Assembly: GCA_951406725.2 (NCBI GenBank)
Contig: OX597816.1
Span: forward strand, 19,902,001 to 19,966,000
Reading direction: 5' to 3'
Length of the DNA stretch: 64,000 bases
Source of the DNA: Octopus vulgaris
Taxonomy: Eukaryota
Below, piece by piece: positions 53,953 to 64,000 of the stretch; positions within the stretch are counted from its first letter, which is position 1; each line of letters opens with the position of its first letter. Both the position numbers and the translations under genes were made by a program. The notes under the pieces are model-generated. The model did no database searches and had not been told where the DNA came from. It was given only the letters and a program-made list of their open reading frames with translations.

Positions 53953-54151
53953 ATATATATATGTGTGTATGTATATATATATGTGTGTATGTATATATAT
54001 ATGTATGTATGTATATATATATGTATGTATGTATATATATATGTATGTATGTATGTATATATGTATGTATGTATATATGTATGTATGTATATATATATAT
54101 ATATATGTATGTATATATATATGTATGTATGTATATATATATGTATGTATG

Positions 54152-54184
<33 letters not shown>

Positions 54185-54265
54185 GTATGTATATATGTAT
54201 GTATGTACGTATATATATATGTATGTATGTATATATGTATGTATGTATATATATATATATGTATG

Positions 54266-54308
<43 letters not shown>

Positions 54309-54366
54309 GTATGTATGTATGTTTATATATGGAGGATCTATACATACGTACATACATACATATATA
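53745..54366. repeat. (TA)n/(TATG)n compound microsatellite
   Basis: Directly visible. Confidence 0.98.
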
Positions 54367-55259
54367 ACACTCAAATTAATTTCGGCAAAAAAATATCTGC
54401 TATAAATGTCTGCTAGGCGACTTATCAATAGGAATATATATAGTATCGTGAAAATTAATAATTTATTATTTTCCTGAATAGATTGAGGATCTATTCTGCC
54501 ACTTGAAGTGTTAGTTTGAAATGTTTAAGTTTTATTATTAATTTCTGTAATGTTTTACCTTGGTTATCTAAGTTATTGTTACAAATATATATTATACCGA
54601 TCGTGGCAAAAGAAACAGAAAATGTTAGAGATAGAAAGCGAGAGAGAGGGATAGAGAGAGAGGTGGGTGGAGAAACTGAAATTACAAATACGTACACATA
54701 TGCGTTATAATACAGTGAAATAAAAAAGTACTTGATAACATATATTACTTGAAACCATAAAATTTATTGTTATAAATATGTTCATTATGTCCCTTAAACC
54801 CAACACTGAGGCGCAATGTCACTCTTTCACCTCTGTTTCTCTTTTCTCTCTCGTTGCTCATACGTGACCATCGTCCATATTTCTTTTCCTGCACGACTTT
54901 CTAAGAACTGGATGTCTTCTATTTCTTGCTTCTATCTTTCTCTTTTCAAAGAAATGTGATTCTTCAGATTACTAAAGCGTACTAAATCTATAACTACAAA
55001 ATTAAAGCAACGTTGCACTTCTTGAAATCTAAGTAAGTCTTGAAAGGAAATCTAGGAAATACTGCATTTTGACACAAATCAAACCAGTCAATATTATCAC
55101 TTACAGTAAGTTACAATTCCAACAGCTGCAATTTACGTCCGCATTCCTTGTTTTTTCTCTCGCTGTTTGCATATTTAGCTCATTTGTTTTCGTACTTCAT
55201 GTTGTTTACTGTAGGTGACGTCCTGCACCCATATATGCATATGTATGTATGTATGTATG

Positions 55260-55294
<35 letters not shown>

Positions 55295-55299
55295 GTATA

Positions 55300-55344
<45 letters not shown>

Positions 55345-55387
55345 GCATATATATATATATATACATATATATATTTATATATATATG

Positions 55388-55787
55388 TGGGGCTGTGTGG
55401 TAAGTAGCTTGCTAGCCAACCACGTGGTTCCGGGTTCAGTCCCACTGCGTGGCATCTTGGGCAAGTGTCTTCTGCTATAGCCCCGGACCGACCAATGTCT
55501 TGTGAGTGGATTTGGTAGACGGAAACTGAAAGAAGCCTGTCGTATATATGTGTATATATGTATATGTATGTATGTGTATGTGTTTGTGTGTCTGTGTTTG
55601 TACCCCTAGCATTGCTTGACAACCGATGCTGGTGTGTTTAGGTCGCCGTTACTTCGCGGTTCCGCAAAAGAGACCGATAGAATAAGTACTGAGCTTTCAA
55701 AGAATAAGTCCCGGGGGTCGATTTGCTCGACTAAAGGCGGTGAATGGCTGCAGTCAAATGACTGAAACATGTAAAAGAGTAAAAGAA
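55388..55787 (+). mobile_element. SINE family A
   Basis: ggctgtgtggtaagtagcttgc..gactgaaacatgtaaaagagtaaaaga. Confidence 0.9.
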
Positions 55788-56417
55788 TATATATATATAA
55801 TTAATATTATTAATTAATTGAACGCCGAGCATCCATTTCCAAGTTTATTTTAACCATTTTTATACGACTCTACCCTGTACAGTTCCCTCATCCTTCTCTC
55901 ATTCCATTTTCTTCCCTTAACCGTTTTTCTATGCCACTCTTTCACCTCTGTTTCTCTTTTCTCTCTCGTGGCTCACACGTGACCGTCGTCCATATTTCTT
56001 TTCCTGCACGACTTTCTAAGAACTGGACGTCTTCTGTTTGTCGCTTCTATCTTTCTCTTTTTAAAGAAAATATTTCTCCCAGCGTTCACTATTTTGGTCT
56101 CGTTCTGGTCTAACGACTCGCCGTCTTTGATTTTGTTTGGTTTTATTTATGTCTCCAATGTCCGGTTTTTATTCCCAACTTTGAGCCTCCAAAAATCAAA
56201 AATTTTCTTTGGAAAGTTTGGGGATCAACTGTCTTCGAAGACTCATATTGTCGTTAAATGATTGAAATGAGGAGTAAATAGACATCCGACAACCGATGAA
56301 GGGTCATTCTCCGTGTTACTTGTCCTGTTTTCTATCTCTTTTCTCTCGTTGTTTGCGTATTTAAATCGTTTCTTTTCATACTTCATGTTATTTACACAGT
56401 TGGTGACGTCCTGTATA

Positions 56418-56471
<54 letters not shown>

Positions 56472-57114
56472 TATATATTACTGTTATTATCATAATTTGA
56501 TTGAACGCCAAGAATCCATTTCCAAGTAAGATTTTCTTAATATTTTTGATGCGACTCTCCTCTATACTCTTTTCTCCCCTTCACCAGTTGATGCCCGCCT
56601 CGCTCCTCCCCTTTCTCTCTCTCGTTGCTCACACGTGACCGTCGTCCATCTTTCTTTTCCTCACGTGATCATTTTGCTTGTCCTACAGAACTGTCTGTAG
56701 GAATGGACGCATTCTATCTCACTCTTCTATTTTTTCTCTCTTCAAAGAAAATATTTCTCCAGCGTTTGCTATTTTACCCATGTTCTGGTCTACCGAGCCT
56801 CCAAGTTTGTTTTCCTTTCGTTTCTTTGTATGTCTCAACTGTTCTATTTATTTCCAACTTTGAACATCCATAAACCCAAAATTTTATTTTCGTACTTATT
56901 GGAAGAACTGTCTTCAAAACTTCATATTATAGTTCAGTGCATGAAATGAGGAGTAGATAGACAGTCGACAACTGATGAAGGGTCGTTCTTTGTGTTATTC
57001 GTCCTGTTTTTCCTTTGTTTCTCTCGTTGTCTGCATATTGAACTCATTTATTTTCGTATTTCATGTTGTTTACTGTTGGTTACGTATCCATATATGCATG
57101 TGTATACATTTATA

Positions 57115-57232
57115 TATCACGTGATCACGTGACCGACCAGACCATCGGATGTTGTAACACATCGCTGGTCACAATGCGTTCGCATTGTTTTAGCCTTCGA
57201 ATGACGCCACCCCGCTGGCTAAGCGAGCAGGC
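57115..57232 (-). mobile_element. Isolated SINE/LINE tail Y (5'-truncated)
   Basis: Reverse complement of 24861-24978. Confidence 0.85.
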
Positions 57233-57235
57233 ATT

Positions 57236-57288
<53 letters not shown>

Positions 57289-57455
57289 ATCTTTGTTTGT
57301 TTGTTTGTATGTGCGTGTATGCATATATATATTATTTATATATATAAATATATGCATATATATGTATATATATATATATATTATGTATATCATTATTTAA
57401 TTGAAGACCACGCATCCATTTCCAAGTATATATATATATATGTATATGTGTGTTT

Positions 57456-57700
57456 GGAGACGCGTGGCTTAGTGTTTATGGTGTCAGCATCATGATCGTA
57501 AGATTGTGGTTTCAATTCCTGGACCGGGCGACACGTTGTGTTCTTGAGCAAAACATTTCATTTCACGTTGCTCCAGTTCACTCAGCTTGCAAAAATGAAT
57601 AACGCTGCGATGGATTGGCGTCCCATCCAACTGGGGTACACATACGCTATTGACACTGGGAAAATGGTCCCATGCGCCTGGCTAGGCTTTAAAAGGGCGC
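57456..57700 (+). mobile_element. SINE head D + tail X
   Basis: Colinear with 1747-1983. Confidence 0.88.
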
Positions 57701-57799
57701 ATTTACATATTTATTATATATCCAAGTTTCACAAGAAATTTCTGTTAGGAAGTCGTGCAGAAGTGTTTACTAATCTTATATAGGGAAGTATAAATCTGA

Positions 57800-58250
57800 T
57801 AGGATAGATTTTCTCTCCAATTACCAGAGATTCATAGCTTGTAGGTAGGACTTTGCTTTTCATATACCAACAATACAATGTAGTTATAATTTTGTCGGAT
57901 CGTATCTTTCATGGTCCTAATAACTCCTGTGTGTATGCTTGTAACCTCTCCTAGATCTTTTGTTCTCTGTATTTATAGATTCCCCCAAACTTAATAAAGC
58001 ATCCCACAAGAATTCTATTCTGCTTTCTTTCTCTTCAGACTAAGGTTACTCCTCCTCCTTAACGATTGTAACGAGTTCCTCATAAAATATTCTGATGATA
58101 GACCCCATTTGAGATTCAAGCAGATGCATTACCATATTTGGATCTTACTGTTACCTAGCTTCAAGTGATATTCACCATAGATCATATGGACAAATTTTAG
58201 TTCACGTTCATCAGCTTGCAAACCTTGTCATAAAGTAGAATCTGCTTCCA
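57800..58250 (-). pseudogene. Possible very decayed LINE RT remnant
   Basis: Minus strand gives ..ADE.. and IQRTKDLGEV (resembles the KDLGV motif). Many stops. Confidence 0.3.
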
Positions 58251-58341
58251 GTTATTACAAAGATCAGCACAGTGTATTGAAAAGTGGGGGAAATGATGAT
58301 GAGGAAGAGAGAAAACGATGTACAGATAAGTGTACGGCGGA

Positions 58342-58720
58342 TACTCTTTTACTTGTTTCATTCACTTAACTGCGGCCATGCTGGAGCGCAACCTTTAGTC
58401 GAGCAAATCGACCCCAGTACTTAGTCTTTGTAAGCCTAGTACTTTTTCTATCGGTCTCTTTCGCCGAATCGCTATGTTACGGGCACGAACATACACCAGC
58501 ATCGGTTGTCGAGCTATGTTGGAGAGACAAAGACAAACACACAAACACATACACACACATATATATATATTTAAATATACATATATACGACGGGATTTTT
58601 TCAGTTTCCGTCTACCAAGTCCACTCACAAGGCTTTGGTCAGCCCGAGGATAAAGTAGAAGACGTTTGCACAAGGTGCCACGCAGTGGGAATGAACCCGG
58701 AACCATGTGGTTTGTAAGCA
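58342..58720 (-). mobile_element. SINE family A (5' end clipped)
   Basis: tactcttttacttgtttca..ctgcggccatgctggagc..gaacccggaaccatgtgg. Confidence 0.88.
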
Positions 58721-60454
58721 GGTTGAGAAAACATAGAAAAAGAAGGATTAAAATGAAAAGAATGGAGGAATATAGCTTGGATTGAGTTATAGATATGTTT
58801 GGTTAAGTCAAGAGAAATGTAGAGTAAAAGAAGAGTTAAACCGCGCGTGGTGGAACTTGGATATCGGATGCTGGAACATGAATGTAGATAGTTCACAAAG
58901 CTATTTCGGAGGTGCTTACGCATTTCCACAGTTTGAGAGGTGATACAACCGAGGCATGAATATACGCTGGTTGCTTTTTGGAACTGGAAAAATTCAATTA
59001 AACACATTTAATTTGAATTGTTATGTTTAACCTACCCACCTGTAAATATCAATATGTTCTTTCCGTATTGAAAAATACAGATTGTGACAAATTCTAACTT
59101 GAAAATCTTTTCATGAAGGTTGTTTAAAATCTTTGCTGTATTGTTCGCATCTGAAGCATCTGTGTTCTAAAATGTCTCGCATAGTCTGGGAACTTGACAA
59201 CGTTGATATGAAAATTAGATGTGCTCGTACATTAAATTCGCTTACCATTGTCCATTGTATTAATATAGAGGAAACTGAGGCATCTTGAACATACTTGATA
59301 CTAGTATATGACATTCATTTAATTCAATAAGATAATTAAGGGGAATTAATTAATCAATTGGGAGCTGCATTTCTGACGGCTATATTGATATGATAGTGAG
59401 ATACGAAGAAAAATAAATATATCAAATAACACCTTTGTAAATATATTAAATATCAACATCTGAGTTTTGAAAAAAATATAACACGTACTAGACAGAATTG
59501 TACTCCGACGTAGCAACACAGAACAGTGTTTATGAATGTTTAACTTATAGATATTTTGTCGCTAGTTGCCATAAAATTAATAATAAACTTCTTTCACATT
59601 ATATGAAAGAATACAAATTACAGCGATGAAGAATATAAAAGACTCATGTTCACTATGCAGCTAGCTTTATATCCTTTACTATTTTCAGAATATTTCTCCA
59701 TCTTTATTTTATAACTAAAGCAAATATTAGCTCATTGAGAATTCACGTGGAAACTATCAGATTAGTTCTAAGATGAAACAACTGGAATAATTCATGAAAC
59801 TATTAAGACCGCTTCCATAAAAAAATATGAATGAATTTAATTTCTTTCTGAATAGTTAATAATTGTTTGCATACATATACGAAATAAATACAATGCTATG
59901 CTTCAAGTTATTTTATTTCTTATAAAGCATTTTTTTTTCGCCATTAATAATTTCTTTCATTCATGTCCATTTCTCTGCTGATTAATAGTATTCTTAGCCA
60001 AAATTGACTGTGACGTCAGGAATATGTCTGGGGCCTATGTTGAAATACTACAGAGAATAGCATACTTCATAGTTATATAACAAGAACAATGTACCAGATG
60101 CTAAATCCACGTAGATATCAATACACGTCGGATTTTGGGAATTTAATCATTGTGAAGCCAGACTATTCATATTCAGGTGTAACCACAGCCCATTCTTTTC
60201 TAGAAATAAAGTAACTACCAGAGAGTATGATACAAACATATAGAGGAATCGACTTCATCACTTGAATTGCACTATATCTATATGTGTACATATATATATA
60301 TATATAAGTAGTTGAATGAATTATCTTAGTATGGATAATTTGGTTAACCGATACCTGGGTAGAAAATTCACGTCAGAAAAACACGATTGAAGCTACATGC
60401 CAAGGGCAGAGATCACGTGCTTTCGTGTGGAAACTTGTGTGTTTTTTTAATACA

Positions 60455-60778
60455 AATAAATGAAAGAATGGAGTCGAACGACGAGTTAACAAAACTCCTT
60501 TATTCTCGACATATGTTTCGAAGGCTGCATATTCCTAATTTCGAAGGAATAAGGGGTGCATTATGCCGACTTCTCATCAGGAAAAACAAGGAACTTATGT
60601 CAGCATAAAGATGAACAAAAGCTCTTAGATGACTGCCCACACGGAGCCCATAGCGATGAGAAGGCGGCATAATGCACCCCTTATTCCTTCGAAATTAGGA
60701 ATATGCAGGCTTCGAAACATATGTCGAGAATAAAGGAATTTTATTAAATCGTCGTTCAACTCCATTCTTTTATTTAGA
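60455..60778. mobile_element. Inverted pair of hammerhead-bearing repeats (60455-60578 / 60655-60778), Penelope pLTR-like
   Basis: ORFs 60387+ and 60852- share LYSRHMFR.LHIPNFEGIRGALCRLLI on opposite strands; 76-bp spacer. Confidence 0.85.
60503..60585 (-). ncRNA. Type I hammerhead ribozyme with extended stem II
   Basis: Minus RNA: UUUUC CUGAUGA GAAG [46-nt insert with GCAU..AUGC and UAUUCCU/AGGAAUA helices] CUUC GAAA CAUAUG UC^ GAGAA. Core intact, GUC triplet, palindromic stem III. Confidence 0.8.
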
Positions 60779-60864
60779 AAAAATTCTAATGCCAAATATG
60801 CCGAAAATTGGACATATTGTCCATTTACCATATAATTCTTTTCCCAGTACACACGCTACTCGAA

Positions 60865-60955
60865 AAAAGGTCGACAGAAATTTCTAAAAAATTTATTACC
60901 ATATCGGTCCGATATGGTAATAATGGAATTTTTTAGAGATTTCTGTCGACCTTTT
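60865..60955. repeat. Near-perfect 91-bp palindrome
   Basis: aaaaggtcgacagaaatttctaaaaaatt-tattaccatatcgg T ccgatatggtaata-(atgg)-aattttttagagatttctgtcgacctttt, centre at 60908. Confidence 0.92.
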
Positions 60956-61204
60956 CTTGTGACTCCTCTTGCTCATCTGGATATCAGAAATAAAGCCGTT
61001 CGGATTCTGTAGAGCATATTGCCCGCCCCTAAAATTTATCTGTGTTTTCTTTCACTCTACTAACTGAAGAATACATTCGATACAGCGGTCCGCGGTATCA
61101 GAAAACGGAAACGATATGTTAGACTATATCATTATAAATCGATTCTCAGGCTTTGTTTCTTTATGATTTTCTACTTTAAGCAAAATGCCCGAAATTTTGC
61201 TTAG

Positions 61205-61320
61205 TCAATTATATAGACCCCAGTGTAAAACTGGTGCTTACTTTATCGATCCCGAAAGGCTGAAAGGCAAATTCGACCCCATTGGAATTTGAACTCATAA
61301 TATAACGGCAGACGAAATAC
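61205..61320 (-). mobile_element. Decayed SINE family B body
   Basis: gaccccagtg..tttatcgatcccgaaaggctgaaaggcaaattcgacc..ggaatttgaactca..gacgaaatac. Confidence 0.75.
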
Positions 61321-61910
61321 AAAACTAAATATCCGCTAAATAATAATTTTTTCGTATTATTTTCGGCAAAAACCTTGTTGATTACCTCCTTCATAATCCC
61401 GAAACACGTGAGAACCGGTGGTCCAGCCGTCTGACCCTGAAGCTGGAACAGAGAGACAGACAGACAGACGGACATAACGCCCATTATAGTAAAATTATAT
61501 TGCATACAACTCCAGTTCCACTAATGCTAATAGGTGATCATGTTTCTATATTAATATTCAACAACTGATGACTATTGAATTTTTGAAATTTCATTCAAAT
61601 CAATTCACAAACCAGTATATATATACATTATATCATATTATATTATATACTATATTAAGTATGTATGTATGTATTTTTGTATACAGGTATTTATATGCGC
61701 CTATTGATAGTTATAAAGTTTTCACAATGAAAGGTGATTACCAACCGCATGGGAAGCCTTAAGATATGTATATATGTGTAGCGAACGAGTGGTTAATGTA
61801 TTATACGCTGCAATGGCATTAACAGTAAGAGCCACACTTAACAAAATCTGAAGTAACTATTCGCTTTGCATTGCCAATATATTTCTATGTATATAAATCT
61901 ATTAGTCTGC

Positions 61911-61943
<33 letters not shown>

Positions 61944-62237
61944 TTTGTATGTGTGTATTTGTATGTGTATATACGGTTGTAAACAAGTATATATGGTGGT
62001 GTGTGTTTTTGTCTCTGTGTGAGAATGTGTAGTGAAGTATATATTAATCAATACTATCCTTTCAATGCTAGCTTTGTATTTACAACGATATTTTTACTTA
62101 TTTGTCGCTGTTTGTTTTTGTTGTTTAATATTTATATCACTATTCTTATTATCATTTTGTTAACATTGTTATCACGGGAATATTTTTAAATATATAATTT
62201 TTTTATATTTATGTTTTTTTTTGTTTTTTGTTTTCAG

Positions 62238-62370
62238 AAATGATTATTAGAAGAAACTATCCAGAGGCTAATTCCTTTTGTTTGGTCTAAGTGTAATTGT
62301 GAATTGAAATTGAAAACTAAAGATGAGAAAACAAATAAGAAGAGGACTTTAGAAAAGTTACTGTAAGAAC
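62238..62370 (+). other. Candidate non-coding or UTR exon
   Basis: Long T-tract acceptor ttttttttgttttttgttttcag and donor AAC|gtaagt. Stops in all three frames. Confidence 0.25.
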
Positions 62371-64000
62371 GTAAGTCAAGTAGAATCTTAAAAGATAAAA
62401 TTATAAAGGAGTAAAGAACTTCAAATTATTATTTTGCTTCTTTATCTGCTCTCATTTATATTTATATTTAATTTTTTTTTCTTTTTATCCGTTTTCATTT
62501 AATTTCTTTCTACTTCTTTGCTTTTTACAATTTGCATCGTATGTATTTTTTTTTTCTCTTTAAAAAAATGTCCTGCTCTATAGTTTGCTTCTGTTTCTCC
62601 GTTAATAACAATCAATAAATTTCAAAATATTAGAAATATTTTATAATTTTCAAAGGGTTTTAAACGCAATAGTCATATCAATTAGTTTTAATTAAAGTAT
62701 CCGCAGTCTTGTATAACAAACACTTTACGCTTTTCTTTTATCTATGTAAATAATGTGCGCGAACAAAAGAAATATTATTAGTGACCTGAGTTCGCGACAC
62801 GTTTATATTTCCCGTTGCTGCCGTTTAATAAATCCGATGCTGCTCTTGATAATGGTATACTTCTTTCAAATTCTATTCATTACTATACTTAAAAGCTTCT
62901 TACACAATACGTCTCCGATGAATGTTACGTTAAACCACTCTAAAGAATAATTCCTAGTATAATAAGTACGATAATAGGGTTATCTTGAAACAAATGGCCT
63001 ATTTAATGCGACAGTAAATAAGTGACATATTTTAATTTTGCTGTTCATTATAATTGAGCGTCACCAGGCGAATCAAACCTTCTGTTTGTTCTAAAAAGCA
63101 ACTAGAAAACGAGACAATGGCACTCTTTCAAAAACTGGAAGTGAGTAGGAACGATAATATCCGAGACATTATTTCATTAGTAAGACAGCTGTATCACTAT
63201 TACAATACGTGTTTCTCAATTTTGTAATTAGAGATAATAGCTAAAATGCATCTAAACTGACAGTAATCATGGAACACAACGTATTGATGATGGACTCAAC
63301 AAAAATACAATCGATCAGTGATGTAGCTGTGCGAAAGGGAAAAGATACAGTGTTGTATAATTTGAAATAAGAGCTAAAATAATAAGCTGAGTTGCTTTCT
63401 AGTAATATTTTCTAAGCATCCAACAGTATAACTCAATTACTTCACCTGTTTTTCATTCCATTTATATGGATAAATAAATTCCTTCTTGCTCGGAGTATCT
63501 TTTCATATGAGAATTGATATGTGTTCAGTCGCCATATTTCGTATCAAATATCTACATATTGTCTCTTTTTCCCGCATAAATATAATGTATTTTCGTAATT
63601 ATACATTAATAAGACATTTTTTTCTGAAATGTTTTGACAACGATTCACTGCTATTTTGACTTAATATTTAAGGCTGAATCAATCGCTTTATCTCATAATG
63701 GAATCAGATACTTTTTTTTCTGTTAGATTATCTCCTGGTATACATTAGTATATTCATATTTTCATTCTCATGGATGCATTTCAAATTTTATTTTGTGTCA
63801 GCATACATATTTTCTGTCGCACGTCACTGGCCAAAAATGAAGGCAAGACAAGAAGAATAATTTCTTTCGAACCTATACACATTAACAGTTCACTGCCGTT
63901 TTCTGAATGATTATTTTGCGATGAGTTTGGTTTGAGTTGCAATTAAATTACTTCCACACCAACAAATGTTATGCATTGCTCAACACTTTTCTGTCTTCGT

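Larger units (their letters stand above)
54815..57427 (+). repeat. Diverged head-to-tail array of a 600-680-bp unit (family E) separated by (TA)n spacers that contain SINEs
   Basis: Partial unit 54815-55235, full units about 55810-56415 and 56495-57100, start of the next unit 57395-57427. Units begin attgaa..cca....atccatttccaagt and end ggtgacgtcctg-like before (TA)n. Confidence 0.85.

Noticed and set aside
61060-61122. CTGAAGA..GAAAC..GTTAG as a hammerhead
   Set aside because: Stem II does not abut either core box; the pairings are not convincing.

Overview
AT-rich eukaryotic DNA with no recognisable intact protein-coding gene. The supplied ORFs are almost all microsatellite or SINE read-throughs. 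The repeat landscape (tRNA-headed SINEs with internal (TA)n(TG)n tracts, LINE 3' ends, long trinucleotide runs) looks like an octopod cephalopod intron or intergenic region; this is an inference from recalled repeat sequences. Contents: about 30 SINE copies in 4 head families, CR1/L2-group and RTE-like LINE 3' fragments, a 100-N gap flanked by an apparently identical 3578-bp duplication (probable assembly artefact), and several inverted or foldback repeats. The main signal is a set of small non-coding elements, most beside (TA)n tracts, that carry minimal type I hammerhead ribozyme motifs. The best is a 505-bp insertion (38644-39148) made of a 353-bp unit plus 152 bp of terminal redundancy, with a complete hammerhead on the minus strand. 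This is the architecture expected of a non-LTR retrozyme copied from a circular RNA. Further intact or decayed hammerheads lie at about 12-53, 6770-6816, 11998-12046, 23765-23810 and 60503-60585, several beside Penelope-style partial inverted repeats. All alignments and folds were done by eye.
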